Positions 26,450 to 40,681 of a stretch of 64,000 nucleotides of DNA are shown here, in pieces. Origin of the DNA: Octopus sinensis (Eukaryota); contig NC_043012.1 of NCBI RefSeq assembly GCF_006345805.1, forward strand, positions 16,120,001 through 16,184,000, given 5' to 3'. Position numbers and translations under genes: made by a program. Below the pieces are notes generated by a model. The model searched no databases, was not told where the DNA came from, and saw only the letters and a program-made list of their open reading frames with translations. Every line of letters starts with the position of its first letter. The first letter of the stretch is position 1.

Positions 26450-27180
26450 TGTACATATGTGTATATATATCAGCTTGATGTTTTAGAGTGTGCCCTTTTC
26501 GGATATATAGAACTAGTAATCATATATACAGTGTGGCCCAAAAGTAGGTTTACAGTTATTTGACTATCTCTTTCACATTAATATATTAACAGTTTAGATT
26601 TTAATTATAAAAAAATATAAAATCATTACTATATACTAAATTCGCATGAACGCACGCACACACGTCTATATACACACATCCCCGCACATACGCACACATC
26701 CACATGCGCGCACAAAAGATTCCATATACACGTCTGTATACGCACAGGGAAAATGCAGGGTGGAAGGTAGAATGCAGAAAAAATACGTGTAAAAAATATA
26801 TGACCAATGAACGTATAAAACAATATCTCTACAAATATGTAAAAGAAATATATTAAAAAATATATAAATATATATAAAAATATATGAGAAATGTAAGTAA
26901 AAAGTACAGAGAGATAAAAATCTTGTACGTGGAGGACAATATAGAAAGCACCGGTTAAAAAATATGAGAAATTATACTGTGAAAAAATTTCAGGGTGCCA
27001 CTCTAAATATTTTTCTCTTTGTCTACAAAAGATGTGCGAACAGAGAGAAATAGATAGAGATAGATAGAGACAGTTAGATACCAGTTTCAATTTTATTGCA
27101 TATCTATTTGCAACCTCAGTAAAAATCTACACACATGTATAAACATGGATACAATTCACTAATACACTAAAATCCAACAT

Positions 27181-27295
27181 AGTTCTTTAATTAAGAGATG
27201 AGCAATTATGTGCATTATTTACAATTGACGGAAAGTTGTCCGCATATTATTTGTTAACACAACGTTTCGGCTGATATACTCTCCAGCCTTCATCA
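27181..27295 (-). mobile_element. Truncated Penelope pLTR-like fragment with partial hammerhead motif (27256-27295)
   Basis: Minus strand: (g)UGAUGA-A-GGCUG(10 nt)CAGCC-GAAAC-GUU-GUGUU. Flanked by AAAATCCAA(C/T)AT at 27169 and 27301. Confidence 0.6.
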
Positions 27296-27828
27296 CCTGC
27301 AAAATCCAATATGTCAAACACTTTTAAATATCTTACAATCAACAACTAATCTAATGTAATTATCTACACTGCTCGTACTTCCCATGCAGAGCATTTGACT
27401 TTATTACGTAATAGTTACTTAGTAAAGGAATTATGATAATTAAATTAATGTATTTTGTAGATATTTTAAAAATATTCATGCATTTCAAATATTTTGATCA
27501 ACTACATGACTCATAAATACATAGTAATTTCTTATATATGTTTCCCTGAGATATTACTTAGATATAAATGTTATAGAAACAATAGAAATAATTTTATGCG
27601 ATTATAAGTAACTATTTTGAATTTGATATGCAGTATCATTATAACACGAGTTGTTTGGTTTAAAGATCGCGGGTCTGATTCAAATTACACGATATAAGAT
27701 TACGCGTTTTAGGTATTGAACGTCATTAACAAAAAGAAGAAAAAATACAGTTTCACATTCAAATCGTCCGTTATTAAAACAGCAACAGACTTAATATTAT
27801 GGGTAAAAGATTTGTTGTTGCAGCCGTT

Positions 27829-28142
27829 TCTGTTGCTGTTGAGCGAAGCGGTCTTCGTCCCAGAGCTCGCAGTGGGAGAAGTTCGAATCGTGGTCCTTTG
27901 CTATCGACGGATGGATGAATGCGCATCCAGGCTCAGCGGTTGCGTAGGAAATCGGGGACCAGAAATAGGAAGAAAGAGTGAGAGAAATTGGGGCGAAAGA
28001 GTACAGCAGGGGTCACCACTTAGAGCCTCGTGGAGCTTTTAGGTGTTTTCGCTCAATAAACACACACAACGCCCGGTCTGGGAATCCGCGATCCTCCGAC
28101 CGCCAGTCCGCTGCCCTAACCACTGGGCCATTGCGCCTCCAC
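27829..28142 (-). mobile_element. SINE family B (17161-type tail, internally deleted) with TSD
   Basis: TSD TTGTTGCAGC(C/T)GTT at 27815-27828 and 28143-28156. Confidence 0.88.
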
Positions 28143-29284
28143 TTGTTGCAGCTGTTACGTTATTGTTTTTATTGTTGTTGTTGTTAGTAGAATCAAGAGA
28201 ACGAAGACTAAGAGATAGCAGAAATCTTGATGTGCCAGTCTTGCTTTATATTTCCCGGATTTTCAGATGCAGAGTCTAACTTCACCTTTCATATCTGCGG
28301 AGACGAGAAAATAAAATACTAGACTGATACTCGGGTCAATGCTTTCGTTTTTTTTCTTAATTGTTATCCTTAAATTAATTTAACAATTAAGAAAAAAAAG
28401 GAATGGCTAAAACGAAAGCATAAACTCAAAACAAAAACAAGACTAATGATTTTAAACACACGCGTAGCAATTAAATTAATTTAACAATTAAGAAAAAAAC
28501 GAAAGGCTAAAATTTAGGGTTATGGACAGGATGCTGTCTCAGTTTTAGACGCAGCAAATGATTTTAGCTCAATAGAAGCGATCGATTGGTTAAAATTCGA
28601 ACAATTAAACTACGTTAAACTTACAAATTACATTTTCCTCAAGAAAGCCAAGAGAAAAAAATGTTTTATTTTGATACATTCTACCAGTATACGAAGTTTA
28701 AAAGTGTTTAGTTAACTAGAAATTGTGTTGAAAACTGCCGTTCAAAAGGAAAAGATCCTGAACATCTATTCCGGAGATATGACTGTGACTTATTTCATTT
28801 AAATACTTAGATCTTATAATTTGATAAGGAAATAAATAACTTCTCTTAATTATAAAAAAAAGTTAAGTTACTTTCGATTAAATTTCGCAGACGATAGAAT
28901 AATTATTTTTCTATTACACATCATATACGCTGTGAATTACAAATTTCACACTGCAATGAGACCGCTACCTTGTCCTGCTGATCGTTTTGTTTCACATGTT
29001 AAATGAAGCTTTCAGTAAATAGTAGCTTCAATTTAAAAATCGCATATCATTGCTGAAGGGGAAAAATCATTTTAATCATAATAATCTCATCAAACCGATT
29101 TCACTGAACATGGACTGAGATTGATTTCTAACTCGATATAGTTTTTGTAATAACTACCCAATATTTTGTACAAAAAGTATAATTATGTTACGGATGAAGT
29201 GAATTAGAAATTTTGCTAACATCTCTTTGGCTACATGTTTTATATAATTTGTTATAAATATTTCTTAACTATATATATATATAT

Positions 29285-29318
<34 letters not shown>

Positions 29319-30237
29319 ATATATATAAAATTAATTTTATGTATTGGCTTATGTTTTTCACTGTTTGATTTGCCTAATAGTGGTTTTATCTCTAATTTAA
29401 TATTATATAATATAATATATTTATACTATAAAATTGGATTTAATCCTAAATCTAATTTTTGCTTGTAAGTTTGGATTTATTCCCTAATATTATTATTATT
29501 ATATATATATATATATTATATATATATATATAATATATATATATATGACATGTTTTTTCTGCCCTCTCATTAATATTTAGAGAGTATATACCAAACACAA
29601 ATCAAAACTATAGAAGACCAGCTAAACAAATGTGTGATAAATATATTTTTAAAAGAAAGCTCTGACAAAAAATAAGTATGGCTTTTGTTAATGCCGTGGT
29701 GGTAACAATAAACCAACAAGTACTTATCTATATCTTTGTCCAGCATCGATATACGAATAGTCTTTATATCATATGAAGGCTACAAGCGTTTCCAGGTGAC
29801 TTTCTATTGTGCGACAGTACGACGTCCCCAGGCGAAAATGAACTGGACCACTACATATAAATAGTAGCGATCTGAGTAAGTGAAGCAGGTCGTGCTTTTT
29901 CCACGGTTCGTGTGTTTATAGTTCAAAGTTGGATTTCAAAGTTCACAGTTCGAGTTAGTGTGCTGCATTGTTGCTTCTTAAAAGATTGTTGTTGCGTTCT
30001 GTGTGTTTATTGCCGTGTTTTCGATTATATTGTTATTACACTGTTGCAGTGTATTTGTTTATCCATAAGAATATAAGAGTTTCTTACAATTCTGTTTCTG
30101 GATTCTGTTTCTGAGCGCTTTGTTCTATGATAAGTGTCACTTAGGACATGGAAACATTAGAATAGCATAGCGCTAATTTTAAGCTTTTCGAGAAATGATT
30201 TCAAGTCATAATTTTATTTAGGTTTTCATTTACAGTG

Positions 30238-30395
30238 AGGCGGCGAGAATCGCTGGTACCCTCGGGCAAAATGTTTACCGATGTTTTCTTCATCTCTTTC
30301 GGGGTCGAAAACATAAGTACTGTTTGGTACTGGAATCGATATAATCGACTTATCCCCTTCTCCGTGAATGCTGGTCTTGTTCCAAAATATAAGGC
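30238..30395 (+). mobile_element. Old SINE family A copy, internally deleted
   Basis: GGCGGCGAG head; TTCATCTCTTTCGGGGTCGAAAACATAAGTAC. Confidence 0.6.
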
Positions 30396-30709
30396 CAAAT
30401 GTTTACTTAAAATAAAACTCAGATATGATATTAGAATTTATGATTTATTTGTGTTTTTATTTAAATTTAATATGCTAATGACGCCACAAATATAGGAAGA
30501 ATGTCTCTCGTACTAAAGATATAAAATCTAGTTCAGACCACCATTAAGCCATTTATCTGATATCATTTCTGGAAATGCTAACATAAGGAAAGAAATAACG
30601 AAAGGCTATCTCAAAATTTCCCTGTTCTTTGTATAATGTTACTTTAGAAAACAGGTTTTTCCCTCCCAAAATATATAAAACTTTTCCTTTGTTTATTATT
30701 TGAACAGTC

Positions 30710-30910
30710 GGAGGTGGCGAGCTGGTCCACTCGGGGAAATGTTTAGCGGCATTTCGTCTATCTACGTTCTGAGTCCAAATTCTGCCGAGTGTTGATTTCC
30801 TTTTCTTTGTTGTAGAGCCGATAAAATAATTACAAATTGAGTACTGGGGTTGACATAATCGACTTACCGAACCCCCCGAAAATGCTGACTTTATTCTAAA
30901 GTATAAAACC
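30710..30910 (+). mobile_element. Old SINE family A copy
   Basis: GGTGGCGAGCTGG..TACGTTCTGAGTCCAAATTCTGCCGAG..GTACTGGGGTTGAC. Confidence 0.7.
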
Positions 30911-31975
30911 AATATTTGTATAGTTAAGCTACATTATCCAAAATATCATTTATTGTGGAAATAATAAAAAAATGGAAAAACTATCATGGTATAACAATTA
31001 AAGTAATTAGAAAAGCTTTATAATTTTGCAGCAGTGATTTAAGTGCCAGAGTACTTGTCAGTCAACAGAGCTCATTAAAATGGAGACTTCTCGTTGGAAT
31101 CGACTGCTATTCCATTGCTTTTATTTACCATTACAGAGTTGCGCTATATTAAATGGAACTCATTTTTCTCTTATAGGAATATTCGACCACACTTTTAATT
31201 GTGATATCATTGTAAAAGTCCAGTAGTAAAAGTCACTCTCAACTTGTTTGATAGCTTCATTAGCGTTTACCTAGATACGAGATAATGATTTAATAAACAG
31301 AAAATATATATGTTAATCAACACATAATGTTGAAATTGACTGTTAATTTTCTGATATAATTTCTTATTGAATGATGTGATTTATTGAGTTTTACAACACC
31401 AGACTTTTAGCAATGGTAAATAGTTAACAGTATATAAAGTGTGTACATTTTACAAAGTTCACACAAGCGTTGATTTCTACTTCAAGTAACTCATTGTGTG
31501 TTAATATTCTTTTGCCTTGAAAGCCTTTATTTCCTTCAATTAATACTTTTGTTTGAAATTCCTTCAAAAATATTTTCGCTGTTGAATAATCCAGCTTCAA
31601 ATAATTTCGATACCATAAATACGTTGCTTCTGTGTGGAGTACTTTTCAGCTAATCCAATTTTCTCGCCCCTCTTACAATGTTTTGCCACACGTAAACACG
31701 CTAGAGACATTTGCTTCACAAAAAAGTTTCCCATATTTAAACCTTGACTTTCATTGTTTTGGAAAATATCTTTCAATTGAATTATACGATTCTTTGATCT
31801 TATATTTTCTGCTTGATCTTCTATGTTATGCTAATGTTACTTCAAATGAAAGTAAAAAAGAACCAAAACATATTTTAAGGCTATGTTTTTGCTACATTAC
31901 GTGTCTTGCTTTGCAAAAATTACGAACATTTGTTTGTTATTATGTATTAAATCATTATCTGTATATGATTAAGAC

Positions 31976-32020
<45 letters not shown>

Positions 32021-32347
32021 ATATATATATTATATGGTTAACTGATGTTATTTAAACCAGTTATATTAGTAAAGGTTATTTTGTAGAATTAAATTTACTT
32101 TAGATAATCACGAATTTACATGAGAACATCAGTGAAATTACCACCATTATTCTTCACTGTTATGATTAATATATTATTTTTATTCATCTCATGCGTCACT
32201 TATTACCATGATCCGTCTTGTGAGACATATGTATCAGAAAAAAATTTTCAGTTACATTCCTGATACAATGGGATTTCAGAGAAATCAATAGGTAAGCATT
32301 TACTCTTTTTGTATAATATAGAATAAAACTTAAGTTTATATATTTGT

Positions 32348-32577
32348 TTTGCAAGATTTTTTATGTGAAATCGTATGTTGAAACATATATTGTTGTATTT
32401 AGGAATGGCCATTTTGCCAGTTTAGCCAATAAACTGATGCGGTCACAGGAGTGTGACGAAATAACTCTGGCCGAAATAAGATTAAGATTAATGTAAAAGT
32501 AAATAAACACCAAATATATAGTGCGTTTGTTTTTATTGGCTAAACTGGCAAAATGACCATTCCTAAATACAACAATA
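32348..32577. mobile_element. Penelope pLTR-like repeat with internal inversion (46-bp IR) and hammerhead-like motif at 32434-32472
   Basis: IR arms 32388-32433 and 32532-32577. Homologous to 9740-9950. CUGAUGC-G-GUCAC..GUGAC-GAAA..UC. Confidence 0.7.
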
Positions 32578-34139
32578 GAATAAAACATTTTTGCACAAGC
32601 CGTGTGTGCAAATGATAACATTTTATGTGTAAAATAAATTTTATATTGTCAGGGTAGAGTTATTCTCTTTTAGTGCTTTATTAAATAAACACACACATCG
32701 GTCTGATTTCCACTCATTTACTTATTTGTTTTTAATTAAATTTTTGTTGTGTCTTGCAAACTTTCCAATTTTCGTTGACTGTGTCCGTTATCGGAGCTGC
32801 GTTCTTTTCTGTGCGCATGCGTCTTCATAAGTGTGCGTGCGCATACACATATGTATGTATATATGCATCTATGTGTGTGTATGCATATATGTATACATGT
32901 TTGTATATATGTATGTACGTAATCTGCATGCATGTTGTATGCTTGCATGTGTTAATTCGGCTGTACAGCGGCTAGGGCTCCCAGTACATCAAGGAATACT
33001 AAAACACACTTCACAAAGAAAATATACACAGAAATCAACCATTACCAGAAACGAAAGAGGATCCTATTGCATGAACTGAAGAACACAACTACACTACACG
33101 AAAGAGACAGACTCATGACAAACATCCAACAAGAATACCGAGTAAGCCATGCCCTGTAACAAACACTTCAACAACAAGCTCAAGTGACAATATGGACGCA
33201 TACTTTGATGAATAAAACTATTCCTTGTATTTATAAAAGATTAGTAAACCTTTTTTCGTTTCTACACATTTCAATATTTGACGACCTAATATATACACAC
33301 AATATATTATGGTTTGTTTCGTACCATACTTTCGTTTGCATGAATATCCCTACAAACACAGGGGACTAGGGCTGTTTTCATTTCAGAATATGTGAAGCCC
33401 AGTTTTATATAATCTTTGTTGTAAAAATGAAGCTTAACAATTTTTCCTATGCCCTTCTCACTTACTGATGCAGGTCGTTCAACAATTGTTTGGGTGGTTT
33501 CCTTCGTAGCTGTTAAATTTTGCTCATTGGAAATGTCATCTTCTGCAAAATGTTCTCATATAAATTAAAAACATCCATTTTATGGGTAATTTAATTATAT
33601 TTCATGAATAAGTTGATTTATTTATAAAGTTATGATAACTAAACATGTAATTAATATCACCGGCACTAAGTACGATAAAATTAATTAGAACAGCCGGTTC
33701 CTAAGGCTAAGCACGCGAGAATGATGAACAAGGTGCAAGTGTAACATGAGTTAAATGTGATTTCATAATTATTAGTTCACCCTTAATACCAGTATAGGTG
33801 AGCAATAACTTTAGGCAATTTGAAAGCAGTTCCAGTGTGTTACGCTCACTGAAACAGATGCATATTTGAAAATTTTTAATCGATTTTCAGTTTACTTCGG
33901 ACTAGGGAATAGCACTTGTAGTATGTTTATTCCTTTTAAGCTGAATAAAATACAATGAAAATGAGGGTTATATAATGAAGATTACTAGTGCCTTTTTTTA
34001 AAAACCGTTTCTCCAAACATAAAGTGGATAATGATAACCGGTAGGTACATGCATTGATATGTTCGCTACGCTAACAAACAGATTCTGAAAAGCTGAAACA
34101 AATTGGTATTGGGTATTTTATATATTGATTTCCCGTACG

Positions 34140-34207
34140 TTTGCGACACACCTACGCCCTACTGGCGACACTCTAATGTATCGCGATACACAGTTTGGTA
34201 AACATTG
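34140..34207. mobile_element. Possible hAT/Charlie-type MITE terminus
   Basis: GCGACAC sub-terminal repeats and a CAGTTTGGTAAACATTG end resembling hAT TIRs. Other end not found. Confidence 0.3.
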
Positions 34208-35678
34208 ATATAAATGAATATAACAAGAAAAATATTAGCTTTTATGTGAAGATTAATATTATGCCAAAATTTCTTTTCCTTGTATTATATATGAAATAGG
34301 TGACCTTTTCAGTTTTCCTCTAGTAATATACTTAATCAGTGTCTTGTATTCTTGCTGATATTTCGATTATTTAACCCAAAATTCCAGAAAATATTATTTT
34401 TGTTCGGTAATTGGCAATTTAAGCAGCAAGGCGTTCTTAATATTTAAATCATAATTTTGCCCAAAGCAGCGCCGAACGGAATTGTTCAGGTATCTATTTA
34501 CTATTCAGCTGTGTCAAAAAATAAGACCCGTGCAAACTAAAAGGAAAAAAAATTATATTATTGTCAATTAATTTTCTGTCAGGCGATGCATGTGAATAAT
34601 AGCATGTTTTTGAAACAGACGATTCTGATGTTTGACTTTATGAACACGAAAATGTCCCTAAAAACTTAGTTTCCATACTGCATACTTTTATCATGTGCTT
34701 TGGAAAGTGTTGTATTTCTCTGTACATATGTGTCTATTTTCAAACTGTATTTCGCAGCAAATTTTCGAAACACAGTTTAATGTGTGTATGTGTATTTAAA
34801 TATGTGTGTGTGCGTGTGTACGTACGTGTGTCTGTGTGTGCGTGGGCGTATTTAAATATGTATGTGCGTGTCTGTGTGCATATCTGTGTATGTGTTTGTG
34901 TACGTGCGTGTATGTGTGCGTGCGCGTGCGTGCGTGTGTGTGTGGGGGGGGGTGCTTTCAAATAGTAACCGACTTTATTCTTTTCCCACGAAAGCTCATG
35001 CACTGATAGTCTACTTGATTAGATGTTTATAGGATCCTAAGTTGTCATATAATACCTATCCATTCCTCTCCTATGTCAGTGCACGCATGCACGCGCACAC
35101 ACACATACATACACACAAACACACATATTCATACATATACATATGTGTGTGTATATATATATATATATATATGTATAAGTAATTGCATAATTATATATAT
35201 AATTATATATATATGTAGAGGTTTGTGTATACAGGTACATACACAGGGGGCTGCTCGTGTGTGGGTGTGCATATGCGTGTGCACGTGTATGTGTGTGTGT
35301 TAACTTTACATATGTCTGAAAAAGTTTCATTTAAACAGGACTAAATTTTCTCTGAATCACTCGGTAACTTACGTGTTTATGTATATCATAAACAATCGTG
35401 ATCGTGTGTGAGGCGGCGATTCGACAAATTCATTAGAACCACGGAGAAATGCCACGTAGAATTTGGTTTCACTGTCTTCTCTCTTCGTTGAAATCTCACC
35501 GAAGTCAACTTCGTATATATATATTTTTTTTTTTTTGCGGGAAATAATATAAATAAAGATATAGGTCATTAGATTGGCTAAATAGTCAGAACATCTTTCC
35601 AAATGCGTAGCTGCAATGGTTTCGGCTGTTGGCCTTCTGAGATTAAATTCGACTATGGTTAGTTGCGCTGTAGCCTGC

Positions 35679-35989
35679 TCAAAATCTCTCGTGGAAGTGT
35701 CATCCAACCAAAGTACAAATATATGGGAAATTACCACCTGTATCATCTCTTGTGAAAGGTAGGAGAGTCCAGTTTGCTGGACATTGTTGTAGAGCTGAAA
35801 ACGAGGTAATTTATACTCTTGAAGCCATCTGATTGCGATACCAGAGGGCACACACTCTCCTACCCTGATGTAATCTCCAGGGATACAGGCATCCAGCAAC
35901 AGGACCTCCGTAATGCTATGATGGACCGTGAAGTCTGGCGTAACATAGTAAATTCCATTGTCTCGACCACGGTTGAACAATGATGATGA
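35679..35989 (+). mobile_element. RTE-clade LINE 3' end, 5' truncated, with 10-bp TSD
   Basis: Closely similar to 52975-53378. (TGA)n tail. TSD TGTAGCCTGC at 35669-35678 and 35990-35999. Confidence 0.88.
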
Positions 35990-37172
35990 TGTAGCCTGCA
36001 GCTGTCATCCACTTCTACCTGACAGCTTCGTTGCTTGTGTTTGAACCCGCTGTATTATTAACATCGGGCCAGCTCTAGGTCTTGATGCTACCTCTCCTCC
36101 TCTCTTCATTAAACCAGTTTTTGTAAATGTAGTTTTACAGCTACAGCAACTACCTCTTTTCCATCAACTATTAGCGATTGAATTACGTCTTGAGAGATAT
36201 GAGTATAGATATCACTGCTTCTAGTATTTGCTTTCCGTTCCATTCGCTAAGATAAATGAGATATTTTCACTTACACCTGAACGATTTCTTTAGTCTATTT
36301 AAACGTGCAGTTATTTTGTCTGGTTCGTTCCGTCTACATTACAGAATTCTTTCTTATCTTTATCACGTGCAACATGACGATGATGAACTTGCTGTTGAAC
36401 ATTTGAACATTTTAATCGCCATCTTCATTGCAGCTACAGCTATCTACTCTTCGTCTTTTCCAAATTATTTTTTGGAAATAAACTCTTCGACATGATCCCC
36501 TTATTTTTTAATCTGAAGGAGTCTAGCTTCAAGGAGAAATGTATGCTCATAGTAGACACTCATAGATCTTCAATAAAGGTCTTCGACATTTTCCCTCGCT
36601 TTCATAAGAAGATCACAACTTGAGAAATGTTGTGCAACCAACACTGGTCAATACACTTTTACTATTAGTCTCTATCAGCAACGTCAGCCGCTTCATTAAG
36701 TCTAATACTCCATTCGTTTAAACCACCATTACCTTTTTGAATGTAATTGCCTCAAGGCTGACTCAAAACAATGAATCGCTATAGCTTTACTTTTCGAACA
36801 CGTAGAGTGACCGGATGTTTATGTGAATTTTCTCAATGCATATTCAATGAAAAATAATATTTTTGCATTTAAAAATGCATTAACTGCTTGCGTGATTTCA
36901 GTTGGATATTTATTATTATTTTTGTAAAACATCTGCAAATGAAAATTAAAAAATGACAGCGATGTCCTTCGTTTATCAATTCTTTAGCTATTTAAGTTAT
37001 TTTTTATACATGCAATATCCTATAATAGCAATAAACCATTATCTTATTCGACGCACACGAATAAATTTAATATCAGCATTTTGTATATATACAAAATAGT
37101 TCAACAAAGCGGGTAGAAAATATGATGGTGTAATATTACTCACTTTCAGTTCGTGGATATGTTTATCAAATG

Positions 37173-37556
37173 TGGAGGCGCAATGGCCCAGTGGTTAAGG
37201 CAGCGGACTCGCGGTCATAGGATCGCGGTTTCGATTCCCAGACCGGGTGTTGTGAGTGTTTATTGAGCGAAAACACCTAAAAGCTCCACGAGGCTCCGGC
37301 AGGGGATGGTGGTGATCCCTGCTGTACTCTTTCACCACAACTTTCTCTCACTCTTACTTCCTGTTTCTGTTGTACCTGTATTTCAAGGTGCCGGCCTTGT
37401 CACTCTCTGTGTCACGCTGAATATCCCCGAGAACTACGTTAAGGGTGCACGTGTCTGTGGAGTGCTCAGCCACTTACACGTTAATTTCACGAGCAGGCTG
37501 TTCCGTTGATTCGGATCAACCGGAACCCTCATCGTCGTAACCGACGGAGTGCTTCC
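37173..37556 (+). mobile_element. SINE family B, full length, third tail type, 14-bp TSD
   Basis: A box TGGCCCAGTGG, B box GGTTTCGATTCC. TSD ATGTTTATCAAATG at 37159-37172 and 37557-37570. Confidence 0.92.
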
Positions 37557-38066
37557 ATGTTTATCAAATGGATTGCTGTAAGTAACGGGAAAAAATTCAG
37601 TCAAAAATACCGACATTCAAAGACAAAATATCATATGCTATGTTATTTTAATTGATTCATGTTTTACAATGTAAACATAAAAAATATTTGGCAATCTACT
37701 TCACAAGAAACATTTTCTTTAATTATCGATTATACCTTGTTTCTAACATTTGTTTTACAGACAATTGTTCTCTCTCTGAATTAAAACTATTTATTCAATA
37801 TAAGTCTTCTTTCTGATATTGATATTACTTTTTTTCATCTTATTGGTTTCATAGTATTAAAATACATTACATACATACGCACTTATATAGACACACATAC
37901 TATAATACATTTCAGAATAATACATGCATATGCGTTTCAATGTATGACTATTTTCTCCTATCCGTCTTTCTTCTGTGTATAGCTATCGCTGGGAAATACG
38001 TTTCGACCACAGTACTGCAGCTTTGTAAATAATTATTCTTTGTCCTTTTGTGATTTCAGTGCCTTT

Positions 38067-38300
38067 CTTATTTCTTTATTGCCCACCAGGAGCTAAACAT
38101 AGAGGGGGCAAACAAGGACAGACAAACGATTAAGTCGATTACATCGACCCCAGTGCGTAACTGGTACTTAATTTACCGACCCCGAAAGGATGAAAGGCAA
38201 AATCGACCTCGGCGGAATTTGAACTCAGCACGCAGTAGCGGACGAAATACCACAAAGCATTCCGCCCGGCATGCTAACGTTTCTGCCAGCTCGCCGCCTT
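38067..38300 (-). mobile_element. SINE family A, full length
   Basis: Aligns end to end with 2612-2843. Confidence 0.9.
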
Positions 38301-38732
38301 TCTTTCTCATCTTTGACTCTATATATTACTATTCATTTCTGCCTTGCTTCTTGACTCCCTCTCTGCCTGTCACTGTTAGTCTCTGTCTCTCTCTGTCTGC
38401 CTGTCTCTCTCTCTCTCACTGATGTCACATTCTTCACAGATAGTTTTTTTCTTTTATCTCTCTCTCAATCCCTCTTATGCTATAAAAATATTCTGTCACA
38501 TTTTCCTCAATTTTTTCCTTTCTTCTAGAATTCAGTAGCAATATGACAGTTTTCGATGAATACTGGAATAATGTAGGGCTGCTAGGGATTATGGCATTAC
38601 ATATGATTTCAGAAGACACATTTTATGGATGCTAGTTGAAATTACGTCCACGACAATTTATAGCCTATTTTACAAGAAAATAAACAGAAAATATAGAAAA
38701 GAAATAAAATAGAAAAAAATTACAAGATAACA

Positions 38733-38785
38733 AAGGCAGTGCTCCAGCATGGCCACAGTCAAATGACTGAAAGAAGTAAAAGAGT
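38733..38785 (+). mobile_element. SINE family D 3' tail only
   Basis: AAGGCAGTGCTCCAGCATGGCCACAGTCAAATGACTGAAA. Confidence 0.75.
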
Positions 38786-39641
38786 AGATGAAATTTCCAT
38801 TGACAATGCTAGAGAGAAATAGAATTTGCTACATGCAAGCATATTTTTTCAAAACACACATTACACAAGACATCATAAACAATACAATCCGAACACTAAA
38901 CAGTATTAATCGTCTTGATTAAAAGAATATATAAGCAAATAAAATAGTACAACACTACGTAGCTCAGAATAGAACTCAAATTAGCCAGTCGGTTATACTG
39001 GATATGAAGTTTACTTTTATTTCAGAAGATATTGGTATGGAATGTAAGTACGTTTCACTCCTAGTGTACATGTTGAATCCATCATAAATGCATAATTTCC
39101 GAATATATGGAAGGAAGGAAGACAACTTTAGAATTGTTAAAACCGAGGTGTGTGATCACAGTGATTTATCAAGCTAGAAGTTCCTGTTCATAATGAAGGA
39201 CAAATTCACCAAACATTTTCCAAAAATATTTGTCGAGGAAATTCAATCACGTAAATATAGTTTCATTCCTGATTAAGGTATGTAATACAAACAACAATTT
39301 TACGTATTGTAATTCAGCAAACATAACATCAAGGTGTCTGATGCTGTAATGTCCGCTCTGAAATTATTCAGTTCCAGCGACAATAGTGCATGTTGAGCAC
39401 TTAATTTTCTTTAAATATAGTAAGTCAATTACCTACCGAAATTATGAAATCGTTTAGTACTGATTGTGTCTCTGTAGCAAGAAACGCAAGACATCGTCGA
39501 CGTGTGTTAAACATTCAGGATAAGGATTTCATTTTCGCAAGAAATTCTGTGATTGCGTAATTTTAATCACAATATATCTTCATTAAGAACACTTCAGTAG
39601 AAAACTTCCAATTCTATTTTCGGCCCGGCATTCTGTTAGTT

Positions 39642-39789
<148 letters not shown>

Positions 39790-40360
39790 TACATATATGC
39801 GTGGGATTTTGCGTATAAATATATACATGCACTGTCATACCAATAAGATATATATCTACTTCGCAATTATCAATTTTTTAACTGTTATACGTTTATAAAA
39901 TTGATAAACAAAAAATTGTTGAAAATAGTTTGGTATGCATGTAGATATATTTGCTTAAAAACCTTTACAAGGTTTTCAAATTCAGACGCATTTTAGGGCT
40001 AACATTTTCCCTCATAAGGCTCTTGGTAGAATCTTAATTTTATGTTTACAATTGACGATAAGTTCGTTATGTTTGTTTAGAATTCTCTTCCTATCGGCGA
40101 AGAGAATTTCGAGGATTTTTTCGGCCAGAGTATGCAGAAAAACTGACGTTATCGTTATGAGGTTGTGTTTTAACCAGAATGAGTCAATTGCGTATGGGTT
40201 GACAATCGGAGTTTCTCCGAGCTTTTGCTTCCTCCGATGTATGATGTAGTTGCTGAGATATTACTAGATAGCCGTTCACCACATTAGTTATTATAATATA
40301 TTATATTATTATATTATTATAACGTACTCGAAATAGAAATATATATATATATATATATAT

Positions 40361-40535
40361 GGGGAGAGTTCACGAAAAAAACAAAAGACGAAGACAGGTG
40401 GTGCAAAAAACAGATGTATTAGTATAACGCTCAGGAATAGAAAAAGTCTTTTACGTTTCGAGCCTACGCTCTTCTACAGAAAGGAACACAGAAAAAACAA
40501 GGAGAGAAAAATATGTGTGTAGTGGCTAACGATCT
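40361..40535 (-). mobile_element. Second copy of the 8975 pLTR-like element, hammerhead-like motif at 40448-40483
   Basis: Minus strand: CUUU-CUGUAGA-A-GAGC(GUAG)GCUC-GAAAC-GU-A-AAAG. Adjacent to (TA)n. Confidence 0.65.
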
Positions 40536-40569
40536 ATCATGGCGACTGCCAGACAGAAGGGTCACACAT

Positions 40570-40681
<112 letters not shown>

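Noticed and set aside
35369-35980. 203-aa minus-strand ORF
   Set aside because: Antisense to the RTE fragment and runs through unrelated flank.
37173-37250. tRNA gene
   Set aside because: tRNA-like SINE head continuing into a SINE body with TSDs; no proper acceptor stem.
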